Shown one piece after another: positions 1 to 10,882 of a stretch of DNA of 64,000 nt. The notes beneath the pieces were generated by a model. The model made no database searches and was not told the origin of the DNA. It saw only the letters and a program-made list of their open reading frames with translations. A program made the translations under genes and the position numbers. Where the stretch lies: NCBI GenBank assembly GCA_030688365.1, contig JAUYIE010000004.1, forward strand, positions 5,931 through 69,930, written 5' to 3'. The DNA is from a bacterium. Its GTDB lineage: Bacteria; Patescibacteriota; Patescibacteriia; JACQRZ01. The first letter of the stretch is position 1; each line of letters starts with the position of its first letter.

Positions 1-2
1 CC

Positions 3-167
3 CAAGCGCAAGTTTGTGAATATGAGATCACCGAGAGGTTTTATAGTCGAAAGGTGATTGGAGAGCCAAGTCAGAAAGATTGGCAACAACTTGCGGGACG
101 CGAACAGGCAAAGATCCAATCAACAAAGGATTTTATTGAATATCTCAAAGAGATCATTGCGGAGTAA
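3..167 (+). CDS. 3' end of a hypothetical protein (partial, runs off window start)
   Basis: Frame 3 is open from the window edge: QAQVCEYEITERFYSRK...FIEYLKEIIAE, TAA at 165-167. Confidence 0.5.
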   Translation, partial: QAQVCEYEITERFYSRKVIGEPSQKDWQQLAGREQAKIQSTKDFIEYLKEIIAE

Positions 168-267
168 AGATTTTAAAGTATGCAAAGGCACGACTATTGA
201 CACTTTTTATGAGATATGATAGTGTCTGTTTTAGGTTTATATTATTAGTTTTCTAGGAGATTTAGTC

Positions 268-666
268 ATGCTAAAAAAAGTTTTTTTAGTAATTTCAATT
301 ATTGGTATTTCAAGCATTTTGGGTTGTGCTATGACACCTGATCAGGAAAAGGCACTGGCTCGCTGGGATAAATTGCCCATGGCAACACAGGATGCATTGA
401 TGGCAAATGAGCTTGTAGGAGAAAAAGTTTTTTCAAAACATGCGTCCTTGTTTCTCTCAAAGCTTTTGGAAGCAGGGGCTACAAGAGTTGACCAACAAGA
501 GGAGGCAACTCTCATTATTGTTGAGGAAGAAGGCACATTTGGCACAGCAAATGTACTGCAAAATATGTATGGCACTGAGGTCTGCGCAAAGGGAACGGGG
601 GTTTATCGATGTATTGACCAAATCGGTCTACAAAGGAATGTGAAAATTCTGAATCCCTGTAAATAA
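268..666 (+). CDS. Putative lipoprotein, hypothetical
   Basis: MLKK + hydrophobic stretch + lipobox-like ILG-C; followed by an imperfect hairpin with a T-run at ~670-699. Confidence 0.65.
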   Translation: MLKKVFLVISIIGISSILGCAMTPDQEKALARWDKLPMATQDALMANELVGEKVFSKHASLFLSKLLEAGATRVDQQEEATLIIVEEEGTFGTANVLQNMYGTEVCAKGTGVYRCIDQIGLQRNVKILNPCK

Positions 667-1055
667 CATAAAAAGGATGGATGGAACCACGCCTTTTTTA
701 ATTAGATAAGCCAAGAGAGTAGAGAAGTGCGGCTGATATTGTGCGACGCATAATGATTAAACCACCAACAGATTTTAGAATAATACTTAACCAGATGTAA
801 GAACTATAAAAAACTGTATAGTGTAGAGTATAACCACTAGTGAGGAGGATCAGACTTACGAGATAGCATGAAAACACCGTTTAGGCCCCGTCTTTTAAAA
901 CTAACATTTTATCTACAGATGGTATACCATCAAAATGAATTTGAAAACCCCTCTCCGTGGCGTCGCTTAAGATATATTGAGCGACGCATGATATTGCATT
1001 AATATTCTCATCCTATGCCCCTTAATCACATCAAATAAAAAGAAGTGAGCAATTA

Positions 1056-1376
1056 TCACTTCCATACTTCCCTTTCGCCTCCCAGACAGTCAAGGCATGT
1101 CTTTATGCCTAGTATGCTAGAAAAACCAACCTTTTTAATTTTTTTGCATTTATGACATTTTTTGCGTGGTCTTCTACTGCATGTAATGCACTCATGTCCG
1201 TGCTTTGTACGTCTATATGGTGATCCACTTTGGTGACAAAAATCACATATTCTCCACGTACTTGGATCAAGTGTTCTACATCGACCGCACAGCCACTTCC
1301 CATCCTTTCGCTTATGTACAGACGCTTTTTTCTGTCCGCATGGTCCTTCACATTGCATTTCCTTCTTATATATCAT
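1056..1376 (-). CDS. Small basic Cys-rich (multi-CxxC, zinc-finger-like) hypothetical protein
   Basis: CEGPC, CGRC, CDFC, CITC, CHKC, CLDC motifs in 106 aa. Confidence 0.6.
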   Translation of the reverse strand: MIYKKEMQCEGPCGQKKASVHKRKDGKWLCGRCRTLDPSTWRICDFCHQSGSPYRRTKHGHECITCSRRPRKKCHKCKKIKKVGFSSILGIKTCLDCLGGEREVWK

Positions 1377-1518
1377 CTCTCTATCCTCCTATTTCTTATA
1401 TCCGGATGCGATTGTACAATTCTCTCCTGCAAAAGTCAATGTGTACCTCTCGCATGCTAAATATAGGCGTCGCAAAATATTTACTTTCATTTCAAAACTT
1501 ATTCGTATTACTCCCCTA

Positions 1519-2742
1519 TTATGGTAAATAATTCAATGGATCAACCGGTATACCATTAAGACGTATCTCAAAATGAAGGTGAGGTCCTGTGGTGTATGGC
1601 CCTGATCCTGTTGTTCGTGGGGTACCGCCGGAATATCCAATGATCGTACCTTTTTTTACGTATGTATCTTGTTTGACGGTCATAGCAGAAACATGACCAT
1701 AAACCGATGCCAATCCTTTATCATGGAGAAGCATAATATATGCATAGGCCTTGCCATTCATGTGTGTACGTGCTACATACCCATCCTCAACAGCACGAAT
1801 AGGTGTACCTTGATATGCGCGAATATCTATTGCGCCATGTTCAAATAAATACCTAAATGGATACTCGGGATCTTTAAAATATGTCGATATTCCACGAGTT
1901 GGATCCACCGGCCACATCATACTTACAGCATTACCCGTAGAAAGTATTTTCAATTTGTCTTGCTTCGTCCGCTCGAGGTTTGAAATATCTGCGTCAATAC
2001 GTGCCTGTTCAGACCGCGCCTCGCTAAGTAACTGATCATACTTTTCAGCCGACAATATTGATTGGACGACAAGTGCTTGCTTTGCCGTACGTTGCTCTTC
2101 TAATTGATCTTTGTCTTTGGATAGCTGATCTCGTAACTCAATCTGTCTCTTTTTATTATTTTCTAAACCCATTTTTTGTACATTCAGCTCACTTCGTAAA
2201 ACCTTTAGACGAGCAATCCCCTTCCCTAGTTCGCCTTGAGATTCTTCCAAATAACGCACCTGATCAAAAAATTCTGACAATGAGTCATTGGTAAGTAGAA
2301 TTTCTACCAAATCCTTTTGATCCTCTACGTATACCTGTCTAATAAACTCGGCTAATTGGCCTTTGAGGACACTTACCTGCTCTTCCCGTTTTCCAATCTC
2401 TAAATCGGTCTGCTGAATTTCCAAATCTAATTGCTCAACTTCCTGTTTTGACGCTTCAAGATCTAATGTCACTTTTTCAATTTCATCCTCCGTTATTGCT
2501 AAAACATTTTCCAGCGTTGAAGCTTCTTGTCGCTTTTTAGTTATGTTTTGTTCATATGTTTGAATGCGCGTACGTAATGTTGAAACGCTAGCTTTCTTGT
2601 CCTTAATTTGATCATTGAGCTCCAGGACAGTGACATCAGTGTCACTTAAAGTGTTATCAGTACTTGAAAATCCCAAATGCGGAACGGCAAATGGTACTAT
2701 GAGTATTAATAAAATTATGACTCCAAAAACGCGTCTATACAT
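1519..2742 (-). CDS. Peptidoglycan DD-metalloendopeptidase, M23 family with coiled coil (EnvC/MepM-like)
   Basis: Signal/TM helix, long coiled coil, HGAID, YGH and TTGPHLHFEIR M23 motifs. Confidence 0.9.
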   Translation of the reverse strand: MYRRVFGVIILLILIVPFAVPHLGFSSTDNTLSDTDVTVLELNDQIKDKKASVSTLRTRIQTYEQNITKKRQEASTLENVLAITEDEIEKVTLDLEASKQEVEQLDLEIQQTDLEIGKREEQVSVLKGQLAEFIRQVYVEDQKDLVEILLTNDSLSEFFDQVRYLEESQGELGKGIARLKVLRSELNVQKMGLENNKKRQIELRDQLSKDKDQLEEQRTAKQALVVQSILSAEKYDQLLSEARSEQARIDADISNLERTKQDKLKILSTGNAVSMMWPVDPTRGISTYFKDPEYPFRYLFEHGAIDIRAYQGTPIRAVEDGYVARTHMNGKAYAYIMLLHDKGLASVYGHVSAMTVKQDTYVKKGTIIGYSGGTPRTTGSGPYTTGPHLHFEIRLNGIPVDPLNYLP

Positions 2743-2761
2743 GAGTCTGACAAGCTAATGA

Positions 2762-4276
2762 CTAATGAAAATTAATTAAAAAAGAAATTGCATTTGCTAT
2801 TCTTTCAAGTGTTTTTTCTTTACCTAATGCGTCAGCTATCTCAAATGGTCCGGGGCTATTCTGTTGTCCGCTCAATGCTACCCGTAGTGGCCATAAAACA
2901 GCACCATTTTTGAGTCCTTTATTGGTAATTTCAGTTTTAATGGCCATTTCAATAGAAGGTGTCGTAAAATCAGCATCTTTCATCTGTTTTATTATATCAC
3001 GTCCGAGTCCTAGCATTTCGCAAGTCTCTTCTTTGGATTTATCTTTCCATGATAACAAGTGCGGGTCATATTCCAATGTGTCAGTCAGACAAAATGCAAT
3101 ATGCGGCGGAATCTCGGAAAGGACTTTTGCTCTGTCTTGCTCAAGGGCAATATATTTTTCTAGCAAATCCCGCGATATAGTTTCCTTATTTGCATTGATA
3201 ACAAAGCTTGTTGCCTTCATTATATCATCTTTTGGTAATTCAAGATATCCTTGATCAAACAAGTGTGGAAGTACACGACTGGTGAGTTCATTAATTGGAA
3301 GCGCGCGAATGTAGTGACTATTTAACCATTGTAGTTTTTCAATATTAAAAATTGCTCCAGATTTTTGGACTCGTTCAAAACTAAATTGCTCAATAAGCTC
3401 GGGTAATGAAAAGATCTCCTGTTCGGTACCTGGATTCCATCCCAGTAGCGCCAAAAAATTTATCAATGCCTCCGGTAAATACCCTTCTGCACGGTAATCT
3501 AACAGTGAAACTTTATTTTTTCTTTTACTCATTTTTGATCTATCGGGATTGAGAATCAATGGAATATGAGCATATATCGGAGTAGAAAAACCAAGTGCTT
3601 TGATAAATAACACCTGTTTGGGAGTATTTGAGAGATGTTCTTCTCCACGGATTACATGAGTTATCTTCATCTCGTGATCGTCAATGACCACTGCAAGGCC
3701 GTACAGCGGTGTGTGCGTATCTTTTGCAACAACTACATCACCAATCAACGTGCCGTCAAATTCAACGCGACCACGAACAAGATCTTCAAAATGAATTTTT
3801 TCTGGCGGTATACGAAAACGAAGTACCGACGATGCACCACTTTCAATTCGTTTTTTTACCTCATCATCTGTCAAATGTGCACATGTTCCATTATAGATTT
3901 GTGGATTCTTATTTGATACATTCTGTTTTCGTTGAAATTCAAGCTCTTCTTCGGTACAAAAACAGTGGTAAAGTGATCTTTGATCGAGTAATTTCTGAAG
4001 ATACCGCTCATATATATCAGTTCTTTCACTTTGTCTATACGGAGCGTATTGTCCACCACAATCAGGTCCTTCATCCCAATCCATACCAAGCCACTTAAGT
4101 CCTTCCATGATATCATCCTCATATTCCTTTTTTGATCGTTCTTTGTCGGTGTCTTCAATCCTGCACACTACCACGCCGTTATTACGACGAGCAAATAAAA
4201 TATTTACGAGCACCGTACGGACTGTGCCAATATGAAGAAATCCGGTTGGCGATGGCGCAAAGCGTGCTCGTATCAT
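2762..4276 (-). CDS. gltX: Glutamate--tRNA ligase
   Basis: RFAPSPTGFLHIG (HIGH), RIEDTD, HVIRGEEH, KMSKR. Confidence 0.97.
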   Translation of the reverse strand: MIRARFAPSPTGFLHIGTVRTVLVNILFARRNNGVVVCRIEDTDKERSKKEYEDDIMEGLKWLGMDWDEGPDCGGQYAPYRQSERTDIYERYLQKLLDQRSLYHCFCTEEELEFQRKQNVSNKNPQIYNGTCAHLTDDEVKKRIESGASSVLRFRIPPEKIHFEDLVRGRVEFDGTLIGDVVVAKDTHTPLYGLAVVIDDHEMKITHVIRGEEHLSNTPKQVLFIKALGFSTPIYAHIPLILNPDRSKMSKRKNKVSLLDYRAEGYLPEALINFLALLGWNPGTEQEIFSLPELIEQFSFERVQKSGAIFNIEKLQWLNSHYIRALPINELTSRVLPHLFDQGYLELPKDDIMKATSFVINANKETISRDLLEKYIALEQDRAKVLSEIPPHIAFCLTDTLEYDPHLLSWKDKSKEETCEMLGLGRDIIKQMKDADFTTPSIEMAIKTEITNKGLKNGAVLWPLRVALSGQQNSPGPFEIADALGKEKTLERIANAISFLINFH

Positions 4277-4329
4277 ATTTCATATATGTTATTGACCTCC
4301 TAAAAAGGAGGCCAATAACGGCTTATCAG

Positions 4330-5475
4330 TTAAGGGGTTTGTATCGGATATCCACTATTGACATCTTGTAAACCACCGGCAGGCTGAAGATTGAGAGTAT
4401 CTAGCGATGAAGCAGGTTGATTATCTAAAGATGATGGTACTGTAGTATTCGATCCTTGAAGTATACGTTGTAAGTCATCTGCAGACGTGGGACAAATGTC
4501 AGGCGTAAACGTATATACTATCTTTGGAAGGAAGGTAAATAGACCATCTACGTTTAGTGCCGCATTTTGTGCAATAGGAAGCAATATTGATACCACCCCA
4601 CCTTTAAACAGATTTGCAAGGTTGGTTCTCGCTTGACATGTCAGTAGTGATGATATCCAAACAAATATTCCAATGACCAATCCGACTATGGCAAAAAATA
4701 TGAGTGAATGTTTTTCCCCTTTAAAATAATGAAATTCCTGATTACGTGGTAATGCTACCAAATCCTCATAACGAATATAATCAAATATTACGAAAAACGG
4801 AATTACGAGAATCATGTACGCCCCAAATAACAACGCAAACAAGACTCCACCTATTACAGGGACTGCAAGAAAAAGAAGGATAATAAGTGAAATGGCAAAA
4901 ATGATTCCCACAAGACCAACATAGCGTCCCAGAGTTGCAAACCAGACTCCACGGGTTATATAACGACTGTACGCGATTGCTTCAATACCTCGTTTTCCTT
5001 CTCCTACCAAAATATATACGCCAAAATACAGCCATACAACCATTAATATTGGTAAAACAATGGTAATAGAACTTCCATATGTTGCAAGACCACCAAGTAT
5101 ACTTATCCACAATAGCGATAAGTATACTGGTTTTGCTTGCTCAAGTGCTTGTTTGATTGTCAGAATTGATTCGTTTCTATGCTTTACTACATGTAGCATT
5201 GCGGTAAAAATCAATGCATATCCAAAATATGATGCAAATTGAATCAACGTGTTTATAACCTCAATAAAGGATTTTATTGTTTGCGATGAATGTAAAACGA
5301 GAAAATTCAATAACGACGTGAGCCCCAATGCGATCAAAAAAACAATTCCAATACATATACTCAAGGAGACCAGCGGACTCATCAATCGCTTATATGTTAC
5401 CCATGTTCGTCCGAGTAATGATCCCATCCCGGGAAGGTTCACAACCGGGACTGCTCCTGATGGCAGTTGTTCCAT
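4330..5475 (-). CDS. Multi-pass membrane protein, hypothetical
   Basis: 381-aa ORF with about 6-7 hydrophobic segments. Confidence 0.7.
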   Translation of the reverse strand: MEQLPSGAVPVVNLPGMGSLLGRTWVTYKRLMSPLVSLSICIGIVFLIALGLTSLLNFLVLHSSQTIKSFIEVINTLIQFASYFGYALIFTAMLHVVKHRNESILTIKQALEQAKPVYLSLLWISILGGLATYGSSITIVLPILMVVWLYFGVYILVGEGKRGIEAIAYSRYITRGVWFATLGRYVGLVGIIFAISLIILLFLAVPVIGGVLFALLFGAYMILVIPFFVIFDYIRYEDLVALPRNQEFHYFKGEKHSLIFFAIVGLVIGIFVWISSLLTCQARTNLANLFKGGVVSILLPIAQNAALNVDGLFTFLPKIVYTFTPDICPTSADDLQRILQGSNTTVPSSLDNQPASSLDTLNLQPAGGLQDVNSGYPIQTP

Positions 5476-5570
5476 AGCTAAAAGTATTTAAAAATAAAAT
5501 ATGACAAGCAATATTTTCGGGCTCAAGTAAATCGTTCTTAGAACATAGAAAATCCAGCTCAGAAACGCTG

Positions 5571-5646
5571 TGGTGCGCCCAGCAGGAATCGAACCTGCAA
5601 CCACTGGCTTAAAAGGCCATTGCTCTGCCGATTGAGCTATGGGCGC
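5571..5646 (-). tRNA. tRNA-Lys(UUU)
   Basis: Cloverleaf on minus strand, anticodon loop CT-TTT-AA, GGTTCGATTCC T-arm, encoded CCA. Confidence 0.95.
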
Positions 5647-5925
5647 ACGTGATTCCTCATAAATAATATACTAAAGTTGGTAAAATGACAAGTTTTTCAG
5701 TGTCAATTTCGCAGTTATAAGTAAAACGCTACTTATATTTCAACGCATTCAAGGGTAATATTTTTTGATTGAAGGACGGGGTTCATTTCTACTTTTTAAA
5801 ATCGTAAATTTTTACTTCAATATTATTAATCGTATCATATTGATACGATTATGCCATGATTTGGTCAGCTTGCACCTATCCCCTTCTTGGCTTACAATAC
5901 CTGCGCACTTATCCTCTATCATTTT

Positions 5926-7344
5926 ATGGCCAACGAGCTTATTGACCGCATTCCACCTCATAGTGTCGAAGCCGAGCAATCCTTGCTTGGGGCGCTTTTG
6001 ATTGATAAAGAAGCGATCCACAAGATGGCGGATATGATCACGGATGAGGATTTTTACAAAGATATCCACCGTATTATTTTTAGCGCTATGGTGGATCTGT
6101 ATGCCAAGCATGACCCGATTGACCTTTTGAGTCTTGGTAACCGTCTTGAAGAAAAGAAACAACTCGAAATGATTGGCGGACGAAGTTATCTCATCGGGCT
6201 TGCCAATAACGTCCCAACGGCCAGCAATGTGGTGCATTATGCTGAAATTGTGCAGAAAAAGTCTACCCTCCGCCGTCTGCAGGCGGCTGCGTCATATATC
6301 ATGAAACTATCATTTGAAGAAGAAAATGACGTGGAAGTTACACTGGATGATTCTGAACGAAAGATATTTAGCGTATCTCAACGACTTTTGAAAAAAGCAT
6401 TTACGTCTATCCGCGAGGTATTGAGCGATGCGTTTGAGCGCATTGACGACATGCATAAAGAAAAAGGCAAGCTTCGCGGGCTCACCACCGGATTTTCTGA
6501 TCTTGATAAAAGTCTTGCAGGACTACAAAAATCCGACCTTTTGATCTTGGCGGCTCGTCCAAGTGTGGGAAAAACATCGCTTGCACTTGACCTAGCACGT
6601 AATGCCGCACTCAATGCGAACGCTTCAGTGGGTTTTTTTAGTCTTGAAATGTCTAAAGATCAACTTGTGGATCGTATGATTTGTGCACAAGCCGGAGTAG
6701 ATCTATGGAAAATGCGTACTGGTAAACTTTCTGACCGCCCTGAATCAGATGATTTTAATCGTATAGGGACAGCGATTGATCAACTCTCAAATGCCAAAAT
6801 ATTTATTGATGATACACCTTCCGCCAACATCATGGAAATACGCACAAAGGCACGACGACTAAAAAGTGAACATGGTCTTGATTTGATCATACTTGACTAT
6901 CTACAGCTGATGGAGGGACGTGCTGGAGGCAATGATGGCAGGACACAGGAAGTCTCTGAAATCAGTCGAGGACTCAAGTCTATCGCTCGTGAGCTTGATG
7001 TCCCATTTATCGCCCTTTCACAGCTCAATCGTGCGGTAGAATTATCCAAACCGGCCATTCCCAAAATGGCACACTTACGTGAATCCGGCTCTATCGAGCA
7101 AGACGCAGATGTCGTGTTGTTTATCTATCGTAAGGCGGCAGATCGAAATTACCGACCTGATCAACTGAACGATCAAGATAAGTACACAGCAGAGATTCAC
7201 ATCGCAAAACATCGTAATGGTCCGACCGGTATCGTGAGTCTCTTTTTTGATGAACAACGCGCCTGTTTCCGTAATCTGGATAGACAACATGGACAGGAAG
7301 AAGCCGGTGTCTCCAGTGCGGATTCATTTGATATGTTTTCGTAA
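5926..7344 (+). CDS. dnaB: Replicative DNA helicase
   Basis: PPHSVEAEQSLLG, AARPSVGKT Walker A, FSLEMS, DYLQL, LRESGSIEQDAD; ATG 5926 preferred to the track start at 5887. Confidence 0.97.
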   Translation: MANELIDRIPPHSVEAEQSLLGALLIDKEAIHKMADMITDEDFYKDIHRIIFSAMVDLYAKHDPIDLLSLGNRLEEKKQLEMIGGRSYLIGLANNVPTASNVVHYAEIVQKKSTLRRLQAAASYIMKLSFEEENDVEVTLDDSERKIFSVSQRLLKKAFTSIREVLSDAFERIDDMHKEKGKLRGLTTGFSDLDKSLAGLQKSDLLILAARPSVGKTSLALDLARNAALNANASVGFFSLEMSKDQLVDRMICAQAGVDLWKMRTGKLSDRPESDDFNRIGTAIDQLSNAKIFIDDTPSANIMEIRTKARRLKSEHGLDLIILDYLQLMEGRAGGNDGRTQEVSEISRGLKSIARELDVPFIALSQLNRAVELSKPAIPKMAHLRESGSIEQDADVVLFIYRKAADRNYRPDQLNDQDKYTAEIHIAKHRNGPTGIVSLFFDEQRACFRNLDRQHGQEEAGVSSADSFDMFS

Positions 7345-7356
7345 ACTCATTGTCAT

Positions 7357-7959
7357 ATGGCATATCCTTCGCCACTTCGTTTTCTCATTGAACAATTTGC
7401 GAGATTTCCCGGTATTGGCGAAAAAACCGCTCAGCGATTTGTCTTTTTTTTATTACGTCAACCCCAAGCGGATTTGATACGGTTTGCCCGAGCACTCATG
7501 GAACTGCATGATTCTATTATCGTGTGTAAAGTGTGTTTCAATTACGCTGAAAAAACGCCATGTGAAATATGTGCTGATCCTGCCCGTGACCACGAAACCA
7601 TCTGTGTGGTAGCATTTAGTCATGAAGTGAGCGCATTTGAGCGTACCGGCGAATACAGAGGCGATTACCATGTGTTGGGAGGTAATGTGAACATCCTTGA
7701 CGGCATCACGCCGGACAAACTCCGTATCAAGGAACTGGTGGAACGCATCACTCATTCAGAAAAAAAAGTACGCGAGGTCATTCTCGCGTTTAACCCCGAT
7801 CTTGAAGGTGAATCAACGGGTTTGTATTTATACAAACTTCTCGCGCCGTATGGGATGAAACTCACTCGTCTCGCGCGTGGTTTACCTCGTGGGGCTGATA
7901 TTGAATATGCCGACGAGATCACGCTTGCTGATGCGATAAAGGCACGAAGAGAGGTATAA
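7357..7959 (+). CDS. recR: Recombination mediator RecR
   Basis: PGIGEKTAQR HhH, C4 zinc finger, Toprim EGE, EYADEITL. Confidence 0.96.
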   Translation: MAYPSPLRFLIEQFARFPGIGEKTAQRFVFFLLRQPQADLIRFARALMELHDSIIVCKVCFNYAEKTPCEICADPARDHETICVVAFSHEVSAFERTGEYRGDYHVLGGNVNILDGITPDKLRIKELVERITHSEKKVREVILAFNPDLEGESTGLYLYKLLAPYGMKLTRLARGLPRGADIEYADEITLADAIKARREV

Positions 7960-8006
7960 AAGTATTGACCTATTATAGACTAGACAAGCCCCAAACGGGA
8001 CATTTT

Positions 8007-8318
8007 TTATATAGAAGTTATTTGAACTGTAGTAAACGGTTGACGATGGCCATTTTTACGACGATACCGTACTTTGGGCTTATATTTTATAATATCAATC
8101 TTTTTACCCCTCCCCTGCTCCACAATAGTCGCCTTGACTTGTGCATCACCGATAGTAGGTAATCCAAGCACTAAATCATTACCTTCTTCATCTGTCTTAA
8201 GCAACACGGTATCAAAGGTGATTTCGTTTGAAGGTTCGCCTTCAATTTTTTCAATCTTAAGCTTGTCCCCTTCCTTTACAATATATTGTTTTCCCCCTGT
8301 TTGAATGACTGCAAACAT
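8007..8318 (-). CDS. rplU: 50S ribosomal protein bL21
   Basis: MFAVIQTGGKQY...GHRQPFT. Confidence 0.97.
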   Translation of the reverse strand: MFAVIQTGGKQYIVKEGDKLKIEKIEGEPSNEITFDTVLLKTDEEGNDLVLGLPTIGDAQVKATIVEQGRGKKIDIIKYKPKVRYRRKNGHRQPFTTVQITSI

Positions 8319-8398
8319 ATGTATTTATAACAAAATTGATGTATTGGATCAGTATAGCAGGATTTGAGACTTTGTAAAGAGTCTATCTACAAAAAGGA

Positions 8399-9436
8399 TC
8401 AAACTGACTGTCTTTCTCTATGAAGAGCAAACCACCCTAACAGTATCATAATCAACACAAGGATACCAAATCCTATCAACTTTTGGGTGCTTTGTAGAAA
8501 AAGAGCACTGATGCCAAAAATACTGGCAAAAGCATAAAGAACCAATACTGCCATTCGTTGAGATAATCCTGCGTCAAGAAGTCGAAAATGGATATGCTTG
8601 CGGTCGGCTTTAAACGGTGAACGTCGCTCTAAAATCATTCTACGGATAATAACCCACACTGCGTCCAATATGGGAATACCTAGGATCAGCATAGTTGTCG
8701 CAAGTTTTGCACCAGAAACAATAGCGAGAATTCCGAGAAAAAATCCTGCAAGTAGACTGCCACCTTCGCCCAAAAAAATTGAAGCAGGATGAAAATTGAA
8801 TACCAAAAAACCAGCGTATGCCCCGGCTACAATAACCGCCAGAAGAGCGGTGGGAAAATTTACAAAAAAGAATAAACTCAACAGTGTGATAATCACTGCA
8901 TTGATAATGGTCATACCAGAGACAAGCCCGTCCAGTCCATCAAGAAATTTGGTCGTATACATTACAACCATCAACCAGGCAAATGTGAGTAGATCTGACC
9001 ATGCACCCAAAAAAAATGTTCCACCAAATGGTATTGATATCTGATCAATACCTATACCTCCTTTAACAATGACACAGGCCGCGATCATAGGAAAAAAGAT
9101 CTGTTGCCATGGTTTAAGGTCAAATACATCATCAAGCATTCCCCCAATCACGAGCAACATACCAGCGCCAGCGATCAAAATAATATCCTGTCCGGCTACA
9201 TGTGTACCGATGATCTGTGGCCATGATAACGGCGCATAAAGTATATATAAGATCACACTTACCCAAACCCCTACATAAATTGCAACTCCGCCCCACAAAG
9301 GAATTGGCCTTTTGTGAATTTTTCTTTCAACAAGAGGTTTGTCTGTAATATCAAAACGTACCGCAATGGCTCGTATGATTACAGTAGCGAGCATACTCAA
9401 TATAAATGCCACTAATGCCACCAAAAAATACATCAT
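8399..9436 (-). CDS. Polyprenyl-phosphate GlcNAc-1-phosphate transferase (WecA/TagO, MraY superfamily)
   Basis: GMLDD, FLDGLDGL, FNFHPASIFLGEGG, DRKHIH; many TM helices. Confidence 0.9.
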   Translation of the reverse strand: MMYFLVALVAFILSMLATVIIRAIAVRFDITDKPLVERKIHKRPIPLWGGVAIYVGVWVSVILYILYAPLSWPQIIGTHVAGQDIILIAGAGMLLVIGGMLDDVFDLKPWQQIFFPMIAACVIVKGGIGIDQISIPFGGTFFLGAWSDLLTFAWLMVVMYTTKFLDGLDGLVSGMTIINAVIITLLSLFFFVNFPTALLAVIVAGAYAGFLVFNFHPASIFLGEGGSLLAGFFLGILAIVSGAKLATTMLILGIPILDAVWVIIRRMILERRSPFKADRKHIHFRLLDAGLSQRMAVLVLYAFASIFGISALFLQSTQKLIGFGILVLIMILLGWFALHRERQSV

Positions 9437-10881
9437 ACGGGCCGTATCGTTGATCCATTAGCTGTATCCTCCACAACAAAACCACGTGACGTAATTTCAT
9501 CACGGAGACGATCTGATTCAGCCCATTTTTTTGATTTCCTTGCTTTTTCACGTTCATTTGCAAGGATTTGGATATCGGATGGCACCTCAAATGTCTTCAA
9601 ATCTGGACGATTCACGCGTAAACCGAACACTGTATCAAATCGTAATATTTCATCATAAATTGCCAAATAATCTCTTGCCGATAGGTCTTTTTCTGTCTTG
9701 ACACGTTTTAAAAAATCAAAAAAGACTGCCATGGCCTTTGGCATATTCATATCATCAGATACAGCATCGCTAAACTGTTGTGTCACTGATGTCAGTAAGT
9801 CAGATAGGTGTGTACTTATCTTTGAGCGAATAACCGCATCTTGCTTTTTTTCACGAATGGTCTGCACCAGATTGCATAGATTTTTATACCCTGCTTTTGC
9901 CCCGTCCAACGCTTCCCATGTAAAGTTCAATTGCTGACGATAGTGTGCCGACAAATAAAAAAATCTCAATTCAAGTGGGTCATATCCTTTTTTTATAATT
10001 TCTTCTATGGTAATGAAGTTTCCGAGACTTTTGGCCATCTTGATACCATTGACGGTCAAAAACGCATGATGCACCCAAAAATGAGCCAATGGCTTACCTG
10101 TCGCAGCCTCACTCTGGGCAATCTCGTTTGTATGGTGAACTGGTATGTGGTCAATACCACCAGTATGGATATCAAACGTTTCTCCTAAATATTTCATACT
10201 CATTGCTGAACACTCAATGTGCCAGCCAGGAAAACCATCTCCCCACGGACTTGCCCAATACATAGTATGGTTGGAAAAATGCCCGACTCGCTTAAACCAT
10301 AATGCAAAATCATGAGGGTTTTTCTTATATTCTCCCGTTTGCACTTCCGCACGTACAGCTGTTTTTTTATCGTCCAGCTTTTGTCTAAATAGACGACCAT
10401 AGGCCTTAAATGAGTCAATATCAAAATATACCGCCTCTGGTGTATCATACGCAAAACCTTTTTTAATAAGTGTTTGCACAAGTCCGATTTGTTCGGGGAT
10501 ATGATCAGTCGCTTTACAAATTATATGAGGACGCTCTATATTCAGGGCATCCATTGATGTAAAAAAATGATCGGTAAAAAATTCTGCAACATCCCATACC
10601 GTTTTACCAAACTTTATCGCGCCTTTTTCCATTTTATCTTCTCCTTCATCCTCATCAGAAGAAAGATGTCCAACATCAGTGACATTTTGAACATGTTTTA
10701 CATCATACCCTGACCACTCTAAAATTCTACGTAAAATATCATCACCGACGTACTTTCTACCATGGCCAATGTGTGCAAAATCATACACCGTCATACCACA
10801 AGTATACATACCCACTTTCCCTTTTTTCATTGGGACAAATTTCTCTTTTTTATTTGACCCGGTATTGTATATTTTTAGCAT
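9433..10881 (-). CDS. cysS: Cysteine--tRNA ligase
   Basis: [35 protein letters not shown]. Confidence 0.97.
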   Translation of the reverse strand: MLKIYNTGSNKKEKFVPMKKGKVGMYTCGMTVYDFAHIGHGRKYVGDDILRRILEWSGYDVKHVQNVTDVGHLSSDEDEGEDKMEKGAIKFGKTVWDVAEFFTDHFFTSMDALNIERPHIICKATDHIPEQIGLVQTLIKKGFAYDTPEAVYFDIDSFKAYGRLFRQKLDDKKTAVRAEVQTGEYKKNPHDFALWFKRVGHFSNHTMYWASPWGDGFPGWHIECSAMSMKYLGETFDIHTGGIDHIPVHHTNEIAQSEAATGKPLAHFWVHHAFLTVNGIKMAKSLGNFITIEEIIKKGYDPLELRFFYLSAHYRQQLNFTWEALDGAKAGYKNLCNLVQTIREKKQDAVIRSKISTHLSDLLTSVTQQFSDAVSDDMNMPKAMAVFFDFLKRVKTEKDLSARDYLAIYDEILRFDTVFGLRVNRPDLKTFEVPSDIQILANEREKARKSKKWAESDRLRDEITSRGFVVEDTANGSTIRPV

Positions 10882-10882
10882 A

